A program made the position numbers and the translations under genes. Shown piece after piece: positions 8,787-16,998 of a stretch of DNA of 35,247 nucleotides (positions are counted from its first letter, which is position 1; each line of letters starts with the position of its first letter). Below the pieces are notes generated by a model. The model did not search any database. It was not told the DNA's origin and worked only from the letters and a program-made list of their open reading frames with translations. This DNA comes from a virus, in IMG/VR virus record IMGVR_UViG_3300042934_000658. One strand, written 5' to 3'.

Positions 8787-8824
8787 CGCCAACTTTCCGC
8801 CAAAACACCGCCAACTTTCCGCCA
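8787..8824 (-). repeat. Two perfect 16-bp direct repeats (minus strand TGGCGGAAAGTTGGCG) with a 22-bp period; candidate activator site of the late promoter
   Basis: cgccaactttccgcca occurs at 8787..8802 and 8809..8824, directly between the sigma-like regulator gene and the HNH/terminase block. Confidence 0.75.
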
Positions 8825-9439
8825 CTACTTAATGAGCGTGCAATATTCCTGCAACGCTAACGGGCGGCGACGTTCGAAAGACCTCCGTGAGATCTGCATT
8901 TCGTCGGCTACAGCGGAGATATCCAGGTTGTCCACGTACCTTAACCGCAGCAGCTTGGCATAGTCCGGCTTATAGGATTCGAGTACGACGAACACCTCAT
9001 CGATCCGCTTGATCTCTGCCCGGAGATCCTGGAGCTCACTCAGCCGTTCCAGTACATCATCAAGGTCGTACTTGCTTCCTGTTCTAGCATCAATGACTTT
9101 GGCAATCTTGGCTCTCAGTTCCTGCAGCGGTTTATCATCCTCCGGATATGCACCGATATCAGGAATGGCTTCACGTTGCGCCTTCACTCCAGATGGATAG
9201 AACTTCATGTATGCGTGAGCTGTAGACTCCAGCTCCTGCTCCCGCTTCGTGAGATACATATAGCTGGGCAACCCGCGAAGCCGGCGATGCAGCTGCTGCA
9301 GTTGGTCTTCTTCTGATAGCCGGCTAATAGCTATACCGCTTCCCACCTTATAATTGCCCAGTGCCTGGATGCGCGCCTGCTTCTGCCGGTAGCTTGATAG
9401 TTGTTCAATGGCCTGCTGCTCTCTCTGGTTGTCGGTCAT
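8825..9439 (-). CDS. Putative late-gene transcriptional activator with a sigma-70 region-4-like C-terminal HTH (ArpU/RinA-like role)
   Basis: The C-terminus LLRLRYVDNLDISAVADEMQISRRSFERRR resembles region 4. The gene sits immediately upstream of the packaging genes. Confidence 0.55.
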   Translation of the reverse strand: MTDNQREQQAIEQLSSYRQKQARIQALGNYKVGSGIAISRLSEEDQLQQLHRRLRGLPSYMYLTKREQELESTAHAYMKFYPSGVKAQREAIPDIGAYPEDDKPLQELRAKIAKVIDARTGSKYDLDDVLERLSELQDLRAEIKRIDEVFVVLESYKPDYAKLLRLRYVDNLDISAVADEMQISRRSFERRRPLALQEYCTLIK

Positions 9440-9443
9440 TCGC

Positions 9444-10061
9444 TCACCCCTCAGTCCCTTCTATCAGCTGGTCAGCAATGAAGAAGTTCCCCCAGCCGTC
9501 CCGCTCCCCTTTAGGCGCTGCAGGTCGTATGTTGTGCGAGGCTCCGCAGGTCTTGCATTTGAATTCCAATTTGTCGGGCAGGATGTACTCCGTACCTTTA
9601 TCCCGGCAGGCTACATTCTTGCACCAGTAACGCAGCCGATAGTGTGGAACACCATCCTTATACATAATGCCAGTCTTGTACCACTCCGGTTTTTCAGGGA
9701 GCGCTGGGACTGCTACCGCCTCTTTTGGGAGCTCGGCTATCAGCTCTCTGATTTCTGTATGCATGGTCCGCTCCGAGCCAAGGAGCGGCAGCTGCTTCGG
9801 TCTCCCTGGTTGCTGGTCCTTCTTGGCTGTTGGAACATACATTATCGGGGCGGCCGATGTCTGCGTACCATAGATAGAATACTCTTCACTGAGATGATTC
9901 GGTGTAATCACTCCTTCCTTCAATGCATCTACTGGATCTTTGACACCGAAGAAGCGGAGGAGTCCGCGAAGCAGAGTCCCTCTCTCTTCACCAACCGAGT
10001 TTTCAATCTCCAGCTCCGCGTTCTTATTGCCCTGGCTCATAATCAATTTAAGATAGCTCAT
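9444..10061 (-). CDS. Hypothetical protein with a C-terminal Cys4 zinc-ribbon-like motif
   Basis: A 205-aa ORF with CKNVAC...CKTC. Confidence 0.6.
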   Translation of the reverse strand: MSYLKLIMSQGNKNAELEIENSVGEERGTLLRGLLRFFGVKDPVDALKEGVITPNHLSEEYSIYGTQTSAAPIMYVPTAKKDQQPGRPKQLPLLGSERTMHTEIRELIAELPKEAVAVPALPEKPEWYKTGIMYKDGVPHYRLRYWCKNVACRDKGTEYILPDKLEFKCKTCGASHNIRPAAPKGERDGWGNFFIADQLIEGTEG

Positions 10062-10258
10062 TTATGATCATCCTTCCGATTTTTGATATATCCATCAATG
10101 GGAATTGGCTTCTTCGCATCTGCACCGGTTGGAGCGGGATACTTCCGGCGGATCTCATCCAACTCTTCCGGGGTCAGCTGGGAGACCTTGATCTTGCCCT
10201 GCCCACCAGCTGCCAGCTCTACTGCCTTATCCTTATTGGAGAAATGCCACTCATTCAT
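10058..10258 (-). CDS. Hypothetical small protein
   Basis: The internal ATG at 10258 (MNEWHFS...) overlaps the upstream stop by 8 nt. The longer track ORF would overlap the upstream gene extensively. Confidence 0.45.
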   Translation of the reverse strand: MNEWHFSNKDKAVELAAGGQGKIKVSQLTPEELDEIRRKYPAPTGADAKKPIPIDGYIKNRKDDHK

Positions 10259-10646
10259 GATGTGCCTGCCCTTTATCAATAGGTTTGAAGTCTCCGATAT
10301 CCTCACCCACAGAACCCTTATAGACCTCCCGGTCATGATCCCAGCAGTTACGGCACATACGCTTACCAAAGGCCATATCAAGCATATGTGGATGGCTCAA
10401 CTCCTGCTCTCCGAACACCTCGTTATCGCACCAATCGCATTTCGCAAACTCAGGGAGGATCGACAGCCAAAGTGTGATATCCATAGCCAGTTGCTGGTTA
10501 TCAGTTGCTTCTGCATATGCCATCAGTGCCGCCCGTGCTGCCGGGTCCTTGGCTGGACGAAGAATGAAGCAGTTGCCATCGACCTTATCTCCGTTTTTCT
10601 TGAAGACCAGGTACTTCTCATACAATCCTTTGTCTTGATCGCTCAC
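10251..10646 (-). CDS. Hypothetical Cys-rich protein
   Basis: A 131-aa ORF with CDWC...CRNC motifs. Confidence 0.6.
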   Translation of the reverse strand: MSDQDKGLYEKYLVFKKNGDKVDGNCFILRPAKDPAARAALMAYAEATDNQQLAMDITLWLSILPEFAKCDWCDNEVFGEQELSHPHMLDMAFGKRMCRNCWDHDREVYKGSVGEDIGDFKPIDKGQAHHE

Positions 10647-10693
10647 TGGTCATACCTCCTTGGGGCTACTGCCAATAATCTTCGTAATGCGCA

Positions 10694-11464
10694 TTAACTG
10701 ATTTCTATACCGACATGCTTCTCTAGAGAGATCGGTGTCTTCCCCTTCATGAACATCGTGTGGCCTATTTTCTGTTCCAGCTCGACATACTGCTGATATA
10801 ATTCCGGGTTCCGTTCTGCCCCATGCCGTAAATCGTTGACACTTCCCATGATGCAGAACACACACGATAGGCGCTCATTCCGTTCATAGGTCCAGAAGGG
10901 CTTCTGTCCAGCTGCTTCAATCTCCTGGAATACTTCTTCGGTCGATAGGTCGAAGATCGGCATCCAATCCCATACATCCCGCACATTGCAGCTTTCCGAT
11001 ACATTGAAACGGATCGGCTGTTTCTTCGCGCGGGCTGCTGATTCTTCTGCGCGGATGCCCATGCAGTTGATTGCTAACTTCTGCGGGTTGGTCTGGCGGC
11101 TCCGAACATCGTGTCGAATGAATTTCATGATTGGGCTGCGCTTCAGGTCGCTGGTACACTGGCGGCAAGAGGACGACGGCCACATACCGCGTTCCTCAAC
11201 CATGCCGAGGAGTGTTTTCTCGTTGCCGTCCTTTTTGACTGCGTGGACGACATTTACGTAATGGTCAACATTCAGCCGAATATGCTCAATTACTCCGGGC
11301 CACTCAACGCCTTTGAGGTGCGCGTGTATAACAACAATCTGGTTGTAAGGGATGTGTTTACGGAGTAGAGCGTACATTGCTTGGCTGTCCTTGCCACCGG
11401 AGTGCGACACATAAAATGTTGCGCCGGCCTCGATAAATTCTTTTATCTGTGTAGGAATTTGCAA
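10694..11464 (-). CDS. PAPS reductase / PP-loop ATP pyrophosphatase family protein (DndC-like fold)
   Basis: The product has an N-terminal PP-loop YVSHSGGKDS and a C-terminal CVFC motif. Confidence 0.8.
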   Translation of the reverse strand: MQIPTQIKEFIEAGATFYVSHSGGKDSQAMYALLRKHIPYNQIVVIHAHLKGVEWPGVIEHIRLNVDHYVNVVHAVKKDGNEKTLLGMVEERGMWPSSSCRQCTSDLKRSPIMKFIRHDVRSRQTNPQKLAINCMGIRAEESAARAKKQPIRFNVSESCNVRDVWDWMPIFDLSTEEVFQEIEAAGQKPFWTYERNERLSCVFCIMGSVNDLRHGAERNPELYQQYVELEQKIGHTMFMKGKTPISLEKHVGIEIS

Positions 11465-11490
11465 TGATATCCCTCCTTCGCTATATGCGT

Positions 11491-11805
11491 CTATTGTTCC
11501 ATGATCTCGGAAGCACTTAGTCGGTCTTTAATCAAGTGGTATGCATCTGTCCGATCATACAGCGGGACAAACCGATAACGGTCATCTTCCTTGGAAGCGG
11601 ATAAGGCTTTATACAGTAGGGCAGAAGGTTTTTCAGTATCAACACTCATAGCCGGCACACCGAGTTTCTGGCAGCGGGTCCGCGTAAGAAGCACGGCAAA
11701 CGGATACGGCCTGGCTGTCCAGCGGCCTTTTCCTGTAGGGTAGTAGATGGGAAGACTGCTTTCTAAGGCCTCTTCCTTCATCATCCAGCCTCTTTTATCT
11801 GGCAT
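11491..11805 (-). CDS. Hypothetical protein
   Basis: A 104-aa ORF in the early operon; the start is uncertain. Confidence 0.5.
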   Translation of the reverse strand: MPDKRGWMMKEEALESSLPIYYPTGKGRWTARPYPFAVLLTRTRCQKLGVPAMSVDTEKPSALLYKALSASKEDDRYRFVPLYDRTDAYHLIKDRLSASEIMEQ

Positions 11806-12103
11806 GGCTTATATCTCCTTTCCCGAATATGCGATTCAGGAGCGGCTCTGCTCCCGGGAAGTAATCTCCCCGCTCCAAGATGGAACGATCATACCGGGCG
11901 AATACCCGGCTGTACTGGATGTCCTCGGCAATACACAGGTCAACCAAGTGTGCAGCTGTCAGGGCATAGTAATGGGCAATCTGCCCGGTATGGGTCTGGT
12001 AGCAGTGATACTGCCGCTGCAGCAGTACCACCTCGCCTACCAGCTCCTCGATGGCCATAACCTCCGGATCCTCGTTAATGTCGAAGAAAAAGAAGAAGAA
12101 CAT
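11795..12103 (-). CDS. Hypothetical protein (start uncertain; a TAATG overlap start would give MFFFFFFD...)
   Basis: The ATG at 12103 shares one base with the TAA stop of the upstream gene. An alternative start is MAIEEL. Confidence 0.45.
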   Translation of the reverse strand: MFFFFFFDINEDPEVMAIEELVGEVVLLQRQYHCYQTHTGQIAHYYALTAAHLVDLCIAEDIQYSRVFARYDRSILERGDYFPGAEPLLNRIFGKGDISHAR

Positions 12104-13104
12104 TAGTCGGTATCTGGCCGTGTAACGGCGGTAAGCATTTTTTTCATCCGCTCCATGGTCTCGATGAGTATATTCCCGCACTTTTCTGCAATCGCAGCAT
12201 CTTTACCTTTCACCGATGTAATAACTCCGAGAGCTGCGTTAAAACTATCTCCAAAGCTTTTAGTGTGAGCTTTAAACATTGCCGTATCTTCACCAGTAGT
12301 AGCCGCGGCCTTCTTGCGGAGCGTTTCCAGCTCCTGAAGGACTTCTGGAGGCGTCTCGTATACCGTTTGGGTTGCGGTGGTCACTTCTACCGGTTGCACC
12401 TTCATCTGTTCCTCCAGCTCGCGGATCCTTGCTTGAGAATCAATAAGCTGTTGTTCGGAGGTGGAGAGGGCTCCCCGCAGGCTATTTGCCTCTTCCTGCA
12501 ATTCGGCAGCTTTATCTTCATCACCGGAATCAGAAGCAGCTTGTGCCGCTTCGAGCTGTGCCTGCAGGCGCTGGACAATGATGGCATGGTCCTTCTGTTG
12601 TGTCTCCAGCTTCTCCCGGACTTTCCGTTCCTTCTCAGCCTTCTTTTCCGCCTCTTCCTTGGCCTTCTCCGCTGCCTCCCGCTCCCTCTCAGCTTGCTGC
12701 TTCTCCTTAATCGCTGCCTGAAGCTCCCGGGTCGTCATTTCGGATACGTTGTTTTCAACGACAAATGATTCCCGCTCCTCATCCGGAACACCCAGCAAGG
12801 CAACTGCCTGCGTATACGTCAAATTTGCAAACGCTTGGGAATTTGTGTTATCTCCGAAGAGACTGAGCTGATCGGAACCGTATTTTTCAAAGATGTTCAT
12901 CAGGTTGTTGGCCGTGCTTTGCTTATAATCAACCGAATCAGCAAGCCAGTTTCCCCACTCGCCATGCGGGAGCATAGCTTTTGCCTCTGTAAGCCGTCTG
13001 CCGATCTCCACGCTGGCGGAAAGCAGAATCCGCTGTGCCTGGTCCCGAATACTGTTAATCTCAATGGCAATGACTTCCGGTGTTCTCATACTTACTTGGC
13101 TCAT
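12103..13104 (-). CDS. DUF3102-family protein with a long coiled coil
   Basis: The N-terminus ...IEIGRRLTEAKAMLPHGEWGNWL...YKQSTANNLMNIF is the DUF3102 signature as I recall it. Confidence 0.7.
   Translation of the reverse strand: MSQVSMRTPEVIAIEINSIRDQAQRILLSASVEIGRRLTEAKAMLPHGEWGNWLADSVDYKQSTANNLMNIFEKYGSDQLSLFGDNTNSQAFANLTYTQAVALLGVPDEERESFVVENNVSEMTTRELQAAIKEKQQAEREREAAEKAKEEAEKKAEKERKVREKLETQQKDHAIIVQRLQAQLEAAQAASDSGDEDKAAELQEEANSLRGALSTSEQQLIDSQARIRELEEQMKVQPVEVTTATQTVYETPPEVLQELETLRKKAAATTGEDTAMFKAHTKSFGDSFNAALGVITSVKGKDAAIAEKCGNILIETMERMKKMLTAVTRPDTD
12828..12844. repeat. 17-mer caaacgcttgggaattt, copy 2 (inside the DUF3102 coding sequence)
   Basis: A perfect match to 8713..8729; the identity extends to 19 nt (to 12846 / 8731). 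Confidence 0.85.
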
Positions 13105-14669
13105 ACTGCTACCCCCTGGACTTTTTTAGATTTTGATTTGGTAGATAGTTTATCAAGACGTTCCCGCTTGAATGAATCCACAAATTCACTCACATCATCC
13201 GTCATGGAACAATTGCGTAGGCCGCGGCACTGCCTTACCTCATTACCTTTGACTTCCATCGTAAAGAATGGAGCATCTGGTTCTTCGGTCTGCCGGATAA
13301 GGAAAATAGTCGTTTCTCCGCTGGCATGCCGATCAGCATAAGTGCCGACACAGTGCTTCAGGATCTTCCCTTCTGCTATCAGCTCGTCACTACTTGCAGC
13401 AGGACGAAGAAGGAGATTTTCATCCGCAAAGCAGAATTTATTCAAAACTTCCAACCGCTTGGTAATTTGACGATTCAGAAGCTCGTCCGACTGGAGCTTT
13501 ACCTGTTTAGAAGTGTTCTCATGCGCTCTACGAAGGTTGGACGGGAATAACGTGTCCTCCTGCGTTAAGTCCATCTGAAGCTTTTTACAGTCTGAAAGAT
13601 AATCCCACCAATCGGTGATTACATCCCTGCCGTATTTAAAAATGTGGTTGTTAAGCTGCTTTCTGATGTATGATAATGCCTTTTGCACATTTACATACCG
13701 GAGCACGAGAGAAAATGAATGATAATCTCGGATATATTCTGCCAGTTCGAGAACATCGCGAACGGAAACTTTGGAACCGTCTTTTGCCGCTGTCTGCATG
13801 ATCTTTAATTCCTTCGGATCAACGGACCAGGCTCCGTCCAGAACTTCCTTGATTTGATGTTTGGTCAATCCAAGCACCTTCTGTATGCTTTTGGCACGCC
13901 ACTGAATGGCCCCGTAGGTCCTTCTCCCCTCAAGTTTGGCGACCACAAGTTCTCCCAAACCAAGCTTAGTAAGGTATTCAATGCAAGGATACTTAGCGTA
14001 GAAATCGAAGAATTTGACCATGTCTCCATCTTTATATCTATCCCACGTGGAATATTGAAATGGCGTCCCGGCTATCGATTGCTTGATACTCTCCATTGAA
14101 ACGAAACATTCTTTATGCGCCATCGCGCTGCCCGCCTGGCTAAACACTCCGCTCCTCCGGTTCCAATCATAGTCAAGTCCCTTGATTCCGTTATCACTAT
14201 CCCAATACCACAGGCCGCAACTATACATAATCCCGCCAGCTCCCGGTTCAAAGAGGTAGGCTGTGTGCAGCGCCATGACCGTTTCAACATTCGTGTAATC
14301 ACCAGTGTAATTCCGTACTGCAAGAAATCCACGAGCTATGATTGCGTTAGGATTTATTACCGATTTTTCGTAATAAACAAAGTAGGCTTCATCAACTAGC
14401 CGTATTCTGCTTATGCCACTTGCTTTTACCGTGCATTCAGAGCTGCAGTGTGGGCAGGTGCTCCGCTTGTTATGCTTTAACCCCACTGTTTCAAACTCTT
14501 GCTTACAATGAGTGCAGAAACCAAACTGCTTTTTACCGCGACGTTTCGTAAAAATGTACCGGCTATGGCGGAATACTGTATCAATAGCGAAGTCATGAAT
14601 TTTCTGGCTTTCCTCTGTGGGGAAGTGCGCAAAGAACTTCTGTTCAGCAGATACATCAGTCTTTTTCAT
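13101..14669 (-). CDS. PcfJ-like protein with an N-terminal zinc finger
   Basis: The C-terminus EGKILKHCVGTYADRHASGETTIFLIRQ...FFTMEV...VRQCRGLRN matches the PcfJ signature. The N-terminus has CTHC...CPHC. Confidence 0.7.
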   Translation of the reverse strand: MKKTDVSAEQKFFAHFPTEESQKIHDFAIDTVFRHSRYIFTKRRGKKQFGFCTHCKQEFETVGLKHNKRSTCPHCSSECTVKASGISRIRLVDEAYFVYYEKSVINPNAIIARGFLAVRNYTGDYTNVETVMALHTAYLFEPGAGGIMYSCGLWYWDSDNGIKGLDYDWNRRSGVFSQAGSAMAHKECFVSMESIKQSIAGTPFQYSTWDRYKDGDMVKFFDFYAKYPCIEYLTKLGLGELVVAKLEGRRTYGAIQWRAKSIQKVLGLTKHQIKEVLDGAWSVDPKELKIMQTAAKDGSKVSVRDVLELAEYIRDYHSFSLVLRYVNVQKALSYIRKQLNNHIFKYGRDVITDWWDYLSDCKKLQMDLTQEDTLFPSNLRRAHENTSKQVKLQSDELLNRQITKRLEVLNKFCFADENLLLRPAASSDELIAEGKILKHCVGTYADRHASGETTIFLIRQTEEPDAPFFTMEVKGNEVRQCRGLRNCSMTDDVSEFVDSFKRERLDKLSTKSKSKKVQGVAV

Positions 14670-14684
14670 AGTCCCTCTCCCCCT

Positions 14685-15353
14685 TTACAAATCGCCGAAC
14701 AGGTCGTCAAGTTCAAGGCTGAGCGCTGGCGGCTGAATCGCCGGAGTGGGCGGCAATGCAACTTCCGGAACAGGTACAACCGCCGCAGGAGCGGGAACAG
14801 CACCAGCTTTGATGCCGAAATAATTAAGGATAACTGTACGCCCTTCATCTGGAGTGAACATCGCTTTCCGGTTGACCGCCTTCTTTTGCGCTAAGGCTTC
14901 CATTGCTTCATAGCTGCCCTTGATGGTCTTATCCGGAGTCATGATTTTCTCGGCAGCTCCAGGATTCACAGCAATAATCTGCAGCAGCTCCCCACCAACC
15001 TGTTGAATGTATGCATCACCAGCTGCTGCAGCCATTTCTGCCTGCAGTTTGTTAATCGCATCTTGCATATCTAATACCTCCCATATCCACGGCTCTACCG
15101 TGTGTAAATTTAGTCTGGCACCGCACTGGCTGCACTCGCGAATCATCGTATGATCAATAATGAGCAGCTTACCGCTGGCCGAAGCGCAGCAAAAGCAGTA
15201 CCCGGGGATCTCCCGTAATGGTATGAGTGCTGTAACCTCTGAACACAGTGGGCATTTATCAACTAGCTTCTTGGCCTTCTTATCACGCTGCGGCTTGCCT
15301 TCCCAGCCACATGAGCAACGGTGCATTCCTGGCGATCTCAGAAGGTAGCTCAT
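14685..15353 (-). CDS. Zinc-ribbon protein with a possible PcfK-like (AcrIIA9-family-like) C-terminal region
   Basis: The ORF itself is solid at 222 aa and is coupled to the replication gene. The family call rests only on the pattern DKTIKGSYEAMEALAQKK...VILNYFGI and on adjacency to the PcfJ-like gene. Confidence 0.4.
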   Translation of the reverse strand: MSYLLRSPGMHRCSCGWEGKPQRDKKAKKLVDKCPLCSEVTALIPLREIPGYCFCCASASGKLLIIDHTMIRECSQCGARLNLHTVEPWIWEVLDMQDAINKLQAEMAAAAGDAYIQQVGGELLQIIAVNPGAAEKIMTPDKTIKGSYEAMEALAQKKAVNRKAMFTPDEGRTVILNYFGIKAGAVPAPAAVVPVPEVALPPTPAIQPPALSLELDDLFGDL

Positions 15354-16498
15354 CTTCCGGCCGGCCCCTGTTTGTTTGCCTTGATCTCAGCAGCCTTGGC
15401 CATCATTTCAGCAAATTCTTCATCCGATACAGCGCCTGCTTGGCCATCATCCTTGACGATTGGAATTTCCACTTTCCCGGAGTACCCGCTCCGGCTGCCG
15501 GAACCCTTATTCCCCCCGGCTGGCTTCTTCGATTCATTCATAGCAAGAACAAGCTTGGGGTATTGGGCGCGGAACGCTGCTGCACTCAGCACATTTCTGC
15601 GCCAAAACTCATGAGAGGGCAGCCATTCCATCAGGGCCCGGGTCAGCGTACGATCCGTATGCTTGTTTTGCTCCTCCATCAGCCGAATTTCATTCGCCCA
15701 GCTCTGCAGATTGGCTTTCGGGGCCAAATCTACTCCTTGTATAGCCGATAATTCGTCGATTTTAGCTTTCAGATACGTGGCCATCATCAAGAACGGGCTG
15801 TCGGGTTCGTAGAACGGCTTTTTCCGGCTCCCTTTTTCCGGAGGTTTTGGCGGCTTGCCCGGCTCAGAAACTTTTTCGGCGGTCGGCCCTGCATGCGGGT
15901 CTTGTTTTGGATTTTGATCTGCATTTGCCTTTGAATCTGATTTTGGATCTGCATCACCGTATATCTTTGAATCTTTATTTAGATCTAAATCTTTATCTAA
16001 ATCTAAATCTCTATCTATAGAGTGGACTTCTGTTGGAACTCCTTCGGATGTCCCTAGCTTGTCCGGTGGATGTCCGCCGGACTTCCCTTGGACATCCGAA
16101 AGACCTTCCTTCTTGAGTCGTTTCTTTTCCCGAGCTTCTGCCTTGCGTTCAGCGTCCTTTTTCTTGGACTCAATGATCTGTCCGCCAATCTTGAACCAGT
16201 TGGCAATCTCGCGCCCTGACTGGGTTTCAACGACATAACCTGCATCTATCAACGCTCTCATAAGCACCCTGGGTTCACCTTCGAAGTTCACTGCATCAGC
16301 GATATCAATATCATGGTACTTACTGATGTCTCCATCCTGCGCCCAATCCAGCACCCACCACCAGAGCATGTGTAACGTGCCTACTGCAGCGGGGGTGTTT
16401 AAGCCGGTCGAACGGCAAAAACGTCGTGTTATAGGGTCCCGATCTGTCGCTTGATAGCTCTTAATCCATAATCTTGGGGCTTCTGTTGATTCACTCAA
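15350..16498 (-). CDS. Replisome organizer / DnaD-domain replication initiator (TTG start)
   Basis: The N-terminus ...AVGTLHMLWWWVLDWA... is typical of phage replisome organizers, and the C-terminal half is DnaD-like. The central linker is encoded by a repeat-dense, AT-rich tract. Confidence 0.75.
   Translation of the reverse strand: MSESTEAPRLWIKSYQATDRDPITRRFCRSTGLNTPAAVGTLHMLWWWVLDWAQDGDISKYHDIDIADAVNFEGEPRVLMRALIDAGYVVETQSGREIANWFKIGGQIIESKKKDAERKAEAREKKRLKKEGLSDVQGKSGGHPPDKLGTSEGVPTEVHSIDRDLDLDKDLDLNKDSKIYGDADPKSDSKANADQNPKQDPHAGPTAEKVSEPGKPPKPPEKGSRKKPFYEPDSPFLMMATYLKAKIDELSAIQGVDLAPKANLQSWANEIRLMEEQNKHTDRTLTRALMEWLPSHEFWRRNVLSAAAFRAQYPKLVLAMNESKKPAGGNKGSGSRSGYSGKVEIPIVKDDGQAGAVSDEEFAEMMAKAAEIKANKQGPAGR
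15905..16018. repeat. Repeat-dense AT-rich tract inside the initiator gene: two gattttg(g)atctgcat repeats, two ctttgaatct repeats and six tandem ATCTNN hexamers (15983..16018); candidate origin unwinding region
   Basis: The repeats were read directly at 15910..15924 / 15939..15954, 15929..15938 / 15965..15974, and as atctaa atcttt atctaa atctaa atctct atctat. Confidence 0.5.
16046..16097. repeat. Three GGATGTCC/GGACATCC 8-mers spaced exactly 22 bp apart (iteron-like)
   Basis: GGATGTCC occurs at 16046 and 16068, and its reverse complement GGACATCC at 16090. Confidence 0.6.
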
Positions 16499-16541
16499 TT
16501 GTTGTCACCGCCTCCTGCGCGGACAATGCATGGACAGGACA

Positions 16542-16604
16542 CGGACATCCGCGCGCTGTCCGGTTGTTATCCGATGGATGTCCGCTGGACGTCCGCCGGA
16601 CATG
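16542..16604. repeat. Second cluster of GGAYRTCC-like motifs with 33/11/11-bp phasing in the gap upstream of the initiator gene
   Basis: GGACATCC at 16542, GGATGTCC at 16575, GGACGTCC at 16586 and GGACATGC at 16597. Confidence 0.55.
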
Positions 16605-16614
16605 CTGCATGCCC

Positions 16615-16998
16615 CTATTTCCAATATTGCCGACCGTCTCCGGCCGTGTAGTAAAGGTAAAGCTCTGCTTGCTTCCGGGCCTTCCAGTCACGGCCTTCTG
16701 TTGTCTCGTCTGCCCAATGATGGCAGCTGCCGTTATCATTACGGGGACCGCACAGGATAACCACGTTCCAGGGAGCTCTGCCTGTCCCATACTGCGATGC
16801 ATTGAGCATGTGGCAGCGCTCAAAACGAAATTTAGGAACACTGCAGCCGCAGTGCTCACAGACCGTGTATCCAGCCTCTCCGGACCGTCTGTAGATCTCT
16901 TTATCCACCTTGGCTGTGATGGCTGTCTCCTGGCTCTGCTTGCGCTTACCGCGCTTGTGCTCCGGCTTGGGTACCGGGCGAAAGTCAAAGCTACCCAT
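16615..16998 (-). CDS. Zinc-binding HNH/NinG-like protein
   Basis: The ATG at 16998 follows AGGAGG. The product has a basic N-terminus (KPEHKRGKRK) and then CEHCG...H...N..ILC...CHHW. Confidence 0.5.
   Translation of the reverse strand: MGSFDFRPVPKPEHKRGKRKQSQETAITAKVDKEIYRRSGEAGYTVCEHCGCSVPKFRFERCHMLNASQYGTGRAPWNVVILCGPRNDNGSCHHWADETTEGRDWKARKQAELYLYYTAGDGRQYWK

Noticed and set aside
12081-12103. A purine run gaagaaaaagaagaagaa (encoding FFFFFF on the minus strand) as a phase-variable or slippery tract
   Set aside because: It is neither a homopolymer nor a perfect tandem repeat. It may simply lie upstream of the true start (MAIEEL) of the 11795 gene.
15983-16018. A CRISPR-like or minisatellite array
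   Set aside because: There are only six imperfect 6-nt units inside a coding linker, with no spacers and no cas genes. An origin-associated repeat is more plausible.
16491-16988. A 165-aa minus-strand ORF covering the gap upstream of the initiator gene
   Set aside because: The product is Arg/Ser/Thr/Ala-rich and overlaps the better-supported 16615..16998 gene out of frame. It has no RBS, and the region is better explained by phased GGAYRTCC motifs.
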